From assembly GCA_004022145.1 (NCBI GenBank), contig RCNU01000001.1: a DNA stretch of 64,000 nt; one strand, 5' to 3'. Shown here piece by piece: positions 24,212-34,700 of this stretch (position 1 is its first letter; each line of letters begins with the position of its first letter). Below the pieces are notes generated by a model. It did not search any database, was not told the DNA's origin, and saw only the letters and a program-made list of their open reading frames with translations. A program made the position numbers and the translations under genes. Origin of the DNA: Paecilomyces variotii. Lineage: Eukaryota.

Positions 24212-26785
24212 ATGCCCTCGAAATCCCGCGAGAAGGATCACGAGAGGGATCGAAGCTCGACAGTGAAGTCGAGAGATAAGGACTCGAAGAAGGACAAGGA
24301 CAAGGAGAAGATACGTCATTCGCGATCGTCCCACGGAAAGTCGAGTGAGCTCTCAACCAAGGAACAGAGCCGAGGCGGCACCGTGGGACGCTCCGCCACT
24401 TCATCCACAACAACATCTACAAGCTCACGAAGACGCCGCAGGTCCTCAATGGCAGACGTGGATAGTGCTGGCCGGGGTGGTGCAGCTTCGTTCCTGGAGT
24501 CTAGGACTAGCTTACCCTACCCATCATTCTCGAAGGCTCACAGCAAAGAGGCGGTCGGAAGCAGGGACAACGTTGATCGCGGCTTGAGCATTTTGACGCC
24601 CGATCCCACAGATGTCGACTCAACCAAAGAAAAATCCGGCTCTTCTGGGAAGGGGGCGTCAAATGGGACAACTTCTCGGAGCGATAATCATAATGCGCCC
24701 CCGAGTCCGCCGCTTACGAGCGTGGACCAACGGTCGCAGCGCAAAGACAGTACTGCCGGGAACAGATCGTCGGACGAGAAGGCTGGCGAAAAGGTGAAGA
24801 CGGAGAAGACTAAGGTCAAGATCAAGTCTCAGTCATCTTCAAGCCTCAGTGCGAGGAAGGATGATAAGTCAAAGAGCTCCAAGCCCCACGGTGAAGTCGA
24901 CTCGCCGCACCGAGCGGCTAGCCACAGGGCATCGAGCACGAGAATGCACGATGAGGTGAAGCTGCCCAGGAGATCTGCTACGACGTCTTCTCCGCGTTCC
25001 TCTCCCAGGCCTGCAGAGGCAGCTTCACAGGCCACAAATGAATCAGATGCGACCTCTGTAGCGCCGAATCAGCCACCAGCGTATCAGAGACCTGCAACAT
25101 CCCACACAAGACCTCCATCGCGGAGCCAGGCGCGATCGTCCATGTCACATAGATCAGACCTTCGCAAGCAGACACCTATCGAGGTATTCGTGGAGCCTAA
25201 CATTTCGCCCACTTCTGCAAGATATGGTGCTCCCCCGCCCCCGCCTCCGCCGCCAGAAATGCCTATATCTATTCCGAGAGTCGACTACCTTCTCCAAAAT
25301 GGTGGACTCAACTACAAAGTGCCGAAAAATCTTTTAGCTGCTGGAGAGCCTCTCGGTATGACGCAGCAGTCGTTCCAACCTCAGGTGGCCGTGGGGAAAG
25401 TCTTCGAGCCCTACAACCGGCTGTTGGACGATTACACCCACATTATGACAAAAAATGGCTCCATTGCCGTAGCAACTGGCTACAGATCAGTGGCTCGAAG
25501 ACTGCTGGACCGGTTGGAGGCTGTTTTCGCGCGGGACATATCTTCGGAGTCATGCGAATGCTTGATGTGCGAGAATAGAGCCCCTGATGAGCATATATCA
25601 GGTGTTAGCTGGGGTGAGGTCCTGGAGCTGGTCTCTGGACGAAGGGAACTTCCGAATTGGCCCCCTTTTACAATCGCACCTTCGTTAGGTGACCGCGACG
25701 TTTCAGGCGAGGAACACATTCCGATGCAGAAGCTAGATATCGATGTCCCTGAAGAATATCGGGACCATTACATCCGACAGTCGCGAAAGACAAAGCTAGC
25801 TGTCGACAAATGGCTGACAGAACAGTCGGCTAGTGCTCCTGACGAGGTAGACGATGAGACACTGACTTTCGCGATAATGACCCACCTAGACCCGGAGAAA
25901 CGAGCTCTCTTTCGTGCTCTCCTCGGTCACTCGACCTCAATACCTACGTCCCCGGCGCAACCAAGAGCACGACCTGCGGTGTTGATGTCGTCCGGGCTAG
26001 CTATTCAACGGTTGTACAGATTGTCGTCCGTCCCCAGGGACCCGGAAACTGCCATATACATGTTAGAGAATATAAATATGCATAACGTTCTGGCGACCCT
26101 TGCGGCAATTAGTGACGACGAATGGGACATTCTCATTTCAGGCCGCTTTGATGGATTTCTACGCAGCGGAGCGGAGGATGCATTTATTCCGTCAATGTCA
26201 GGATCTGTACCTCCAAGGCCGCTAAGTCAGTCAACAAATCGGTCGACTACACCGTTCAACGGTTCCTCACGTGGGTCCTATATGGACGGCAGTTACCGTC
26301 CTGCAAGTCAGCCTTATGGCACAAATGGTGTTCCCGCTTCGTTTGGGGCTCCGATAGCTATGGATGAAGAGACAGAGATTGCGGCTCTTGCTGAAGTTGA
26401 GCGGGACATTTATCTCAGCATGGAGGCGCTTGAAGATGCTTTTGAGGTACTACATTGCAAGGCCGAGGCTGTTCGTCGTGCACTGCGCGAACGAGGTGCT
26501 GGTCTTGCAGTGGCAAGCCAAGCTCGTCGTGGTTCTTATGTTGAGGCGAGACTGGGTACACCAGCATCCGCCCTTCATTCCTGGGAAGATGGCCCTGAAG
26601 ATGACGGCATTGACGACGACATGTCCCTTGCTCCGGATGATTCCGCTAGCAACATCAGCTCTAACCGAAGACGACGTCCCAAGCGACGGACTGAGCGCCG
26701 CACTCCGGCTCCAGTCGAGGAAGAAGACGAAGAAGAGGATGCTCACATCAGCAGGCGTGATACGAGGAGTTCGAGAAAGCGCTGA
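24212..26785 (+). CDS. Hypothetical protein, about 857 aa, with Ser/Arg/Lys-rich disordered N-terminus and structured core
   Basis: Long intronless ORF with coding-like composition. Structured segments ATGYRSVARRLLDRLEAVFARDIS, CECLMC, WGEVLELVSGR, DEWDILISGRFDGFL, and a coiled-coil-like stretch LAEVERDIYLSMEALEDAFE. Confidence 0.8.
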   Translation: MPSKSREKDHERDRSSTVKSRDKDSKKDKDKEKIRHSRSSHGKSSELSTKEQSRGGTVGRSATSSTTTSTSSRRRRRSSMADVDSAGRGGAASFLESRTSLPYPSFSKAHSKEAVGSRDNVDRGLSILTPDPTDVDSTKEKSGSSGKGASNGTTSRSDNHNAPPSPPLTSVDQRSQRKDSTAGNRSSDEKAGEKVKTEKTKVKIKSQSSSSLSARKDDKSKSSKPHGEVDSPHRAASHRASSTRMHDEVKLPRRSATTSSPRSSPRPAEAASQATNESDATSVAPNQPPAYQRPATSHTRPPSRSQARSSMSHRSDLRKQTPIEVFVEPNISPTSARYGAPPPPPPPPEMPISIPRVDYLLQNGGLNYKVPKNLLAAGEPLGMTQQSFQPQVAVGKVFEPYNRLLDDYTHIMTKNGSIAVATGYRSVARRLLDRLEAVFARDISSESCECLMCENRAPDEHISGVSWGEVLELVSGRRELPNWPPFTIAPSLGDRDVSGEEHIPMQKLDIDVPEEYRDHYIRQSRKTKLAVDKWLTEQSASAPDEVDDETLTFAIMTHLDPEKRALFRALLGHSTSIPTSPAQPRARPAVLMSSGLAIQRLYRLSSVPRDPETAIYMLENINMHNVLATLAAISDDEWDILISGRFDGFLRSGAEDAFIPSMSGSVPPRPLSQSTNRSTTPFNGSSRGSYMDGSYRPASQPYGTNGVPASFGAPIAMDEETEIAALAEVERDIYLSMEALEDAFEVLHCKAEAVRRALRERGAGLAVASQARRGSYVEARLGTPASALHSWEDGPEDDGIDDDMSLAPDDSASNISSNRRRRPKRRTERRTPAPVEEEDEEEDAHISRRDTRSSRKR

Positions 26786-27703
26786 AGAGCGCATATGCAT
26801 CACATGCCTGTATAGCAATGACCGACATGTACGAAGATTTCATTCCGCCCTGAGTTCAGGCATTTAATGAAACGTGACGAAATATTACGAATTGATATGA
26901 GATGACATGATATCATTCCCCCATCCATGACTTACGCGGATTTAACATGATCACCACGCCTTTCTTTTAACATGTTTTTGGGAGGTCAAGAAATTTCAAG
27001 ATTATTGGCTTCGCATACCCATTTCCATCAGTTTGTGTTCCTTCCAGTTCAAATTTCAAACGAATGTCAATCTAATGACACTTACACGGTGGGGCATCAA
27101 AGCTTCTGACATCCTTTCTTATACGTATGGCCGCCGCAATCATTCCACCGGGCGAATTGCCAAGTCATATCGAGTTGCTTTATGAATGGCCTGTCCCCGC
27201 GCACGATATCTGACATATTCTAAATGCAAGTGTTGATATTGTCGCAGGTAATAGGTTAATGTCAGCCTGGTGCATATGTACATACATACAAACGTCCGGT
27301 GGCAGTAGATAGTTCGAAACCAACGACCTAGTTGTTTAATTCAATGAGCTACGTCCAATACTCTATTTCTCTTCCGCGTTAAGCGATTCATGAACATTCA
27401 AATCCAGATCCTTCATGAAATTAGGACATAATAATGGAGTCAGCCTTCCGCTAGATCTAGCGTCAAACAAACAATTGGCTATTTGCCTGAAAGTTCGGTA
27501 TACTGTTTGCTTCCCTTCGCCTTGAGAAGTAATGAGCATTTTTCCTATTGCGACTTCCACAAGTCGCAATGGGAGACTAGTTCATCTGGTCCGCGGAAGT
27601 CCCGCGCCCTCCATGTAAATCCACCTAATAGGAATACATCTCCCACCAAGGACCTTGATTGCTCCGAGCTCTGCATTTCTAAGAGGATACTTGTCTCAGT
27701 TCC

Positions 27704-29860
27704 TTAGAAATCACATTCCATCCGTGCTTGGATCCTCTCTGCAACTTCTAAGATAAATCCTTCTCGGAAAGCAGGTCCTACAATTGATATACCAAATGGT
27801 AGACCATCAATGAAGCCCGCTGGTATAGCAACAGCCGCCAGATCCAGAACGTTGACAGCACTTGCAAAAATGCCTAGTTTCAAATTGAGCTCAAAAGGAT
27901 CCTCTTGCACTTCCTTGATTGTTGGATGATTCGGTGCAGTAGGTAGAATGAGAATATCACATTTCTCGAATTCACCTTCCACAAGTCTTGATAACCGTTG
28001 TGCTTCGTAGAGGTCGGTGAATGCCTTGGATGCGGATATGGAAGAGCCTGACTCGAGGACTTTGGCTGTTACAGGAAGAAGTGATGGTTTCTTCTCTGCA
28101 TGTTTTAAAAACTCATCCAAAGCGGCGGTTCGCTCTGCAATAAAGGCACCTTTGTACACGAGGTCTGAGGCGGCAAGATAAGAATCCCAGTCGAATGTGA
28201 CTTCTTCAGCATGAGGCAGACTTCGAAGTAGTGAATAGGTCTTTTCAAATTGTTTGATATATGGAGAAGAGAGAACATCGTTCAGTAGGTCACGAGGAGG
28301 AACTGAGAAAGTATAGGTGCCTTCTTTGTGCAAGAGAGATCTGTTAGTCAAGGCAGCCAATGGTGGTGAGCTTCGTGCGTATGGGTCTTTGGGATCAAAT
28401 CCCTTAGACACGAGCCACACGTTTCTTGCGTCAGTGAGCGTTTTTGCGAAGAAAGAGACACAGTCAAGTGTGCGACAGGCTGGAACAAGCCCTCTCGTCG
28501 AAACAGTGCCCTTAGTTGGCTTGAGTCCCACAACATTGTTGAAGGCCGCGGGAATTCGACCAGATCCTGCTGTGTCGGTTCCCAGCGCAAAGGAGACTTG
28601 TCCTAGAGAGACAGCCACGGCGGAGCCAGAACTTGATCCTCCGGAGATACGAGTATGATCGAAAACACAATGGCAGACTCCATATGGAGATCTCGTGCCC
28701 ACAAGCCCTGTTGCAAACTGATCCATATTTGTCTTCCCAATAAGAAGTGCGCCAGCGGACTCCAGTCTCTTCACAACGTCAGCGGACATATCCGGGACGT
28801 ATTCAAATGATGGACACGCTGCAGTCGTAGATATTCCGGCAACATCGATGTTGTCCTTGACTGCAAACGGTATACCAAATAGAGGCAAATGGAGGTTTCT
28901 CTCTTCCTCTAGTTGCTGAGCTCGCTGCAACAGCTCTTCACGTGGCGCTAAGCTGATCCATATAGATGGGTGTTCCGGGTTGTCTGATTCGATTCTCCTA
29001 AGAGCTTCTTGCACAACGGTTACTGGCGAAAGACCAGCAGCATAGGCCTTCTTCAGCACCTCCATATCCATCGAACCCGTCCATTCGGGGACTTGGCTTC
29101 TATTCCTAGCTGAGAGCGGCGATAACGCCAGGAGCAGTGGCTTTGAGGAGCTCACAAATCCAAAGAGACCTTCCGAGAAGTGAATCATATCTAAGGACGC
29201 CGACCTGAAGGTCGGCACGAACCCATCCGTGCAATCGCTGAGGATGCAAGCCTCGAATCCTCGATCATTGGCCTCCCTAACTGTGGTGGTCACACAGCAC
29301 TCCACAGTCACGCCGGCAACGATGAGGTGAGTAATGCCTCGGTCAACTAGATGCTGGTGCAAGGTGGTCGAAAAGAAGCCGCCTTTTCCTGGCTTATCGA
29401 CGACATATTCCCCGGCCACTGGTTGAAGTTCGTCTACAATATCGTGGCCGTATTCTCCTCTTGTGAGAAGCCTTCCCATCGGACCTAAATCCCCAATCAC
29501 CATGGAATGCCGAGTTCTCGGGGCTCGTGCCTGCCTCAAGAGTTTGGGGGTTGGTAAGTCGCGCAAATCTGGCCGGTGGCCTTCTCGTGTATGGATGACA
29601 TGCATTCCACACTCACGAAATGCGCTCAAGACCGACAGGGTCGGGCTGATAGTAGCTTGTACCTTGTCAACCCCCGTATCTCCGGCTTGAATGTACCCAA
29701 AGCCATCCTTGAGCAAGAAGTCCCGCTGCATGTCAATGATGAGTAGGGCTGTCTTTGCGGGATCAAACTGGAACGCATATGGCTGAGCCTCGATAGAGAG
29801 TCTACCATCGCCGTTCTCGATCATGGCTCTCATCTTATCCAGGTGAGTTGCGGCAACCAT
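27704..29860 (-). CDS. Fusion protein: isochorismatase-family cysteine hydrolase (BiuH/TrtA-like) plus allophanate-hydrolase (AtzF-like) amidase domain
   Basis: N-domain: IIDMQRDF, HTREGHRPDL, GPMGRLLTRGE, DKPGKG, GVTVECCVTTTVREANDRG (Asp-Lys-Cys triad). C-domain: FAVKDNIDVAG, GKTNMDQFATGLVGTRSPYG, GGSSSGSA, LGTDTAGSGRIPA (Ser-cisSer-Lys triad). Single uninterrupted ORF. Confidence 0.9.
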   Translation of the reverse strand: MVAATHLDKMRAMIENGDGRLSIEAQPYAFQFDPAKTALLIIDMQRDFLLKDGFGYIQAGDTGVDKVQATISPTLSVLSAFRECGMHVIHTREGHRPDLRDLPTPKLLRQARAPRTRHSMVIGDLGPMGRLLTRGEYGHDIVDELQPVAGEYVVDKPGKGGFFSTTLHQHLVDRGITHLIVAGVTVECCVTTTVREANDRGFEACILSDCTDGFVPTFRSASLDMIHFSEGLFGFVSSSKPLLLALSPLSARNRSQVPEWTGSMDMEVLKKAYAAGLSPVTVVQEALRRIESDNPEHPSIWISLAPREELLQRAQQLEEERNLHLPLFGIPFAVKDNIDVAGISTTAACPSFEYVPDMSADVVKRLESAGALLIGKTNMDQFATGLVGTRSPYGVCHCVFDHTRISGGSSSGSAVAVSLGQVSFALGTDTAGSGRIPAAFNNVVGLKPTKGTVSTRGLVPACRTLDCVSFFAKTLTDARNVWLVSKGFDPKDPYARSSPPLAALTNRSLLHKEGTYTFSVPPRDLLNDVLSSPYIKQFEKTYSLLRSLPHAEEVTFDWDSYLAASDLVYKGAFIAERTAALDEFLKHAEKKPSLLPVTAKVLESGSSISASKAFTDLYEAQRLSRLVEGEFEKCDILILPTAPNHPTIKEVQEDPFELNLKLGIFASAVNVLDLAAVAIPAGFIDGLPFGISIVGPAFREGFILEVAERIQARMECDF

Positions 29861-30036
29861 TCCGTTCGAAAAATGAGAAGATATGCTCCACAAGAGAAAG
29901 GCCCGAGAGTTGAAGAACAGGACTTGGAACGTAAAAGAGACATACTCTACTCTCGAGAAATAGTATCTGTCTCCCTCGCAGCCGCTTAATGCTCCGGCCC
30001 GTCGGGCTGGCCGCGGGAAGAAGACGGCAAGCCCAG

Positions 30037-30094
30037 CTTATCATGAAGTAATATTAAAGCTTTATCTTCCAGCGGTCTTCCCAGCGGTCTTATC
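30037..30094 (-). promoter_or_regulatory. Three GATA boxes interleaved with a CCAGCGGTCTT direct repeat upstream of the fusion gene
   Basis: CTTATC at 30037, TTTATC at 30061, CTTATC at 30089. CCAGCGGTCTT at 30069-30079 and 30081-30091. About 180-235 bp upstream of the ATG at 29860. Confidence 0.55.
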
Positions 30095-30951
30095 AGCCTA
30101 CACCGGTCCTGGGGGAATTTGGAAACTAGGTATAGTCTGCGATGGGAACAGTAACCTAGTGCGGAAGGTGAGGGGTTTCGCCTGCTAGCTCCCCAGGGCC
30201 GATAATAAATACACAATGAGGGGGTAAGCGGGGCATGAATCAATTATTATTAGAAACCTAGTGCAATGTGGTCAATGTATTTTATATTTCATTTTAGAGT
30301 GGTATCACTTAAATAGTACAACATGTACATACATTAAGGACGGACGGACAGTGATTACCTGAAGCAAGCAAATCTAGAATACGTTCTACATATTAGGTAG
30401 TGCGGTAGGGATAGGGTCTGTTAAGTAGTAAGTAAGTACGGGGTTACGACGGGGAAGGCGTCAATGTATTATCTTCGCGGTACTCCGATTAATTCCAAGT
30501 TAAAGTATTTGCCTCCTCTTCTCAAGTTTTCAAAGTCCTTTTGCAGAAAGGATCAATTGATAAGCTGGTCACCAGCTAGCTATAAGCAGGAAATATGCCG
30601 TACCTACCTAAGTCATGAGATTGGGGGCTGAAACGTCGATATCCCACTTGATGATCTGGCCTACATCGCCCATCTCAAGCATTTGATAATAGGCCATGGC
30701 CGTATGTATTCTTTCTTATTAAAAACAAGGGAGATGCACCCTGTTACATGTCATGTGATGCGGATGACTCACCTTGCGCAATCAATCGGTTCCTGAAGTA
30801 TTCAAGAGTACAACAGTAAGACTTCAAGGAGGATTCCTGGTTTATTTTGCCATCGAACATTCGGGTAATAAGAGTATCCCTATTCTTTTTTTTTTTTCCT
30901 TTTTTTACCACACAACCAACCATTTAGGGATCACAACTTAATGTTTGCGCA

Positions 30952-31757
30952 ATGACACTACCCGCCATCTCCATCGTTGGAGAAGAACACGCAAATCAGG
31001 CAGCCGAAGTGATTGCGGCAGCCTTCTCTAACTCCCCCTTCACAGGATATTTGCTGCGCAACGCGGATTCCACATGGCTGTCCAATCAGATCCCTTCTGA
31101 GATCATCCTTCCTCATTTTCAAGAGAGCACACCTAAGAAACTCAAGTATGGCGCCGAGCTGGTAGAAGCAGGAAACTGGGCTGCCGTCGCTGTATGGTGA
31201 GTCTAGTAATTTTGTGATGCAATTACTTGGTCTATAAGACCTGCATGTTCTATGTGCTATTGACGTCCTATCTTTTTTTCCTTTTGAGTGGGTGGGTTAG
31301 TTATTGACTAAGATTGCAAGGTTCCCACCTGGACGTTCCATTCCCATAGAGGATAATCCGGACCCCCGAGTGAAAGAGTACCGCGACACGTTCGCACAAA
31401 TCAAGAAACAGCATCTACGTGGTCGGGAGTATTGGTATCTCAATCTGATAGGCAGACATCCAAATCGAACGGATGCCGGTGCGTACTATGAATCTCCCAT
31501 GAATGTGTGATAATGAACTGAACTGAAAATAAATAGGCGCTGTTCGAGCTTTAATCGACCCATACTTGAAAAAGGCCCGAGAGCAGGGCGCGGCAGTATG
31601 GCTGGAAGCCATTACTGAGCATGGAAAGCAGGTCTATGAGCATTTATCTTTTCGGACAGTAGCAGAAGTGCGCATAGGGGTTGGAAAGACCAATTCGAAG
31701 GGCGAGTTTGACGAGAATGGGGAAGGTATTTTGGTATATGGGATGATGGCTGAATAG
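30952..31757 (+). CDS. GNAT-family N-acetyltransferase
   Basis: Three exons splice in frame: AAVAVW/FPPG, YWYLNLIGRHP..G/AVRALIDPYLKKAREQGAAVWLEA..HGKQVYEHLSF (GNAT motifs A and B). Confidence 0.85.
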
Positions 31758-34700
31758 AATGAACGGGTGTCTAGGACTAGAAATGCCCATAGAGCGAGAA
31801 GCCGAAATTATGTCCTGTGGAATGAAGTATATATTTCGAAGGAAAGAGAAGACCCCCTCATACTATCATACGTCCATACATTTCCCTCCATTACAACATC
31901 CCCCTCTGGGAGCCAGCTCGAGGTAGTACACACATGGCTTATTTGGCGGCTCAGCTTACCTTCAAATGTAAATGCTCAACCTGAGCTATTTCCTCGACAA
32001 GATGGTCGAATCACCACACATGGAGGCCTTGGATGTAGTGATTGGCCACTGAGGCACTCATCTCACCCCTGTATCTATATATTCACAATAGAGGAGACCT
32101 TTGCTGCTTATTCTGTTCTATGCATTTAACCATAAAATGCATGAGACCACAGAGATTGCAGCTGGTCAACCTCGTTCAAGCAATCAATCATCGACGTCGA
32201 CAGGTAAAAGGAAGCTGTAAATAGTTGCCTCATAGTAGGCGAAAACATAGATTCTTTTCTCTGGCTCATACACTATTCAATAACCCTAGAGGACACCTTC
32301 TACGCACACAAAGTATCAGAGAAAGAAGAGCCATGTATTATGAGTCTTGTTCGATTACTAAAATAAAATTTATGGCCATGTGGTAAAGGGCGCAGACCTG
32401 ATTCGTTCCTCCTTGATATCAGGAGAGTTCCAGGATTCACCCAAAAACTGGTGTCAAATATGTCTTTTCATTCTCTTCCTGACACTAGTGGGCTCATCTA
32501 TCACGCCCACTGTTAGTTACTGTTGCCACCGCCATGTACAAGGTAAGCTTAATACTAAAAGATCACCATCTGTTGGAAATAAGCACCCTTGAAACATATA
32601 GAATGAGAGACGGTTCGAAGATCCGGAAGAAGAAAGCAGTCGGCGTGCCCTCTCATCTGTGTATGAAGATCATAGTTTCCAGAATTCTCTAGCGATGCTC
32701 CACAAAGACGCTAACTAAATGATATCAATGAACGGCAAACCGGAATGATGGTTATATACCTTACTCGGTACTACTCTGTAATAAATCAACGGTAATGAAC
32801 CGGACAACTGATAAGGCTGTGCCGCAATGCCTAATTATACTAAACAGACCATTAGTTGGCCGCAGCAGGCCTACAAGACGGCGTCTCCGCCCACGCCTCT
32901 AGTTTAATGGGCTATTTTTGGGATGGTCCAGTCTTCATCTCTCATAGATAGCAGAAATAAAGTCGCCGGCCTAGTGGATCTTGAAATATATTAGTCGCCG
33001 TCCAGATTGTACCGACTCCCGAGGCAAGAAGTCGGGAGCTCCTCCATTGAGTACATACTACATACAGCAGTGCTATCTCTACTAGAGAGTTGGTAGGGGG
33101 TCCCACATCCACCCGATTCCGCGGTGACCGGTCGAGTCTCAGAAGATGTCGTTAGGGCGAAAAGGAATTTGACTGTCTTCAGCATTGCGCAATTACAACT
33201 GTGCCGCAATTGGAGTGGGGTTTGGTTTTGGGTTCCCTGTAAACTGGACGGGCATTCTCGACTTAACTAGCTATTCACGGTGCATGGTGAGAAATTGATA
33301 TCGAAATTTTCTATTGCCTCAAGCAAAAAGTATTGGTGTCATTCGAGCGTCAGTTGAAATAAGCTATTGTGCCAATTTTGCTATTACACATGCACGGCAT
33401 TTGCCGCTAGTAAGTACATATGACATGTCCAGTGCACACTGGTCGCGATGTCATGGTGAATGAGCCCAGGTGATGATTGGTAGGTAGATATATGGCAATA
33501 AAAGGAATTTCGAGGTTCCCAGGATAACAAATCAAACTCGAGTTGTATACCTGGTTCCTCCCTGGGGCAAATATTGACACAGGTGCAATTCTGAGAATTT
33601 GTAATCACTAACTACGCGAACAAACTGACTAGTTAAAAAAAAAAGCGATTGAGCAGCATTGACAATCGTCGCTGCGCCGGATGAAAGGCAGTATTATCCC
33701 TGTTCGCATATTGAAGCTGAGCTTTGACTGGCGAACTGTGCACAGCACGCTGCGGCAGGATCCCTAACGATAGACATCAGGGGTTTGATCTGGGAACGCC
33801 ACGCGAATAACTCCTCTGGATGATTTACATTTAACAGTCATCGGGCGGGTACTATCTGTGGTTTCTTTGTAGTATTCCGTTAAATGCCGTGAGATGACAT
33901 CGAGCTTGCTTGGTCCAACGATGTGATGCGTGAATCTTCAAAAGTGGAGGGGTTCTCAATATATCATATACACTATGCAACACATGTCCAAAGCGTCCGG
34001 CGAAGAATAGCCTAGAAAGAAGTACTAAAGTCCCCTGACGAGAAAAGAGAAAGGCCTGATCACTCTCTATCAGCAATTTGCACCCATGCGTGGAAGATCT
34101 ACTACGCCACAAGAGCTTCATTGGGTTGATCGCCAATTAAGCGATCGAATAATTGACGCGCATGCGCTGTCAAGCAGCGGTGTCGAGGCCGTCAGACTTG
34201 TCATATGCAAAAACAAACCATGTGGAAAAAACACACCTTAGTTACTTAGTAGTTATCTGCGGCCCGGGACGAGGGAACGGACGGCGAAGCGCTCCGGACC
34301 TATCTATACGATGCGAATTCCATAAACTTGTGTCAGTGTATATGGCATGGTATCTGCCTATCATCCCGCTTGTCGTCTGTTATAGATCATGTTTTGAACC
34401 CAGCTTTTGTGGATAGCTCATCTTGTTCAAGGATGAATGCATGCAGTCCTTCCTGTTTCTTGACGGCAAGCCGAGTGGCAAGCATGGGCATAAAAGTCTC
34501 TATATTGTCACTATCTAAACGCCTATCCCCGAGAGCACAGCATAACTTCTTATATTATTATTAAATAAGGAGTACGCCGTACGCCGATCGTTACCCCAAC
34601 ATTTCGCCCGGAACAGTTTACCCGTCACTAATAATCGCCGGCGGGACTGAAAATCGATGAATGAAAAGGCCATCGGAAATTCGCCTGGCCTGTGCTGTCG

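Noticed and set aside
27363-27700. Short minus-strand ORF downstream of the fusion gene, considered as the missing allophanate-hydrolase C-domain
   Set aside because: None of the three minus-strand frames resembles that domain, and no convincing splice link was found.
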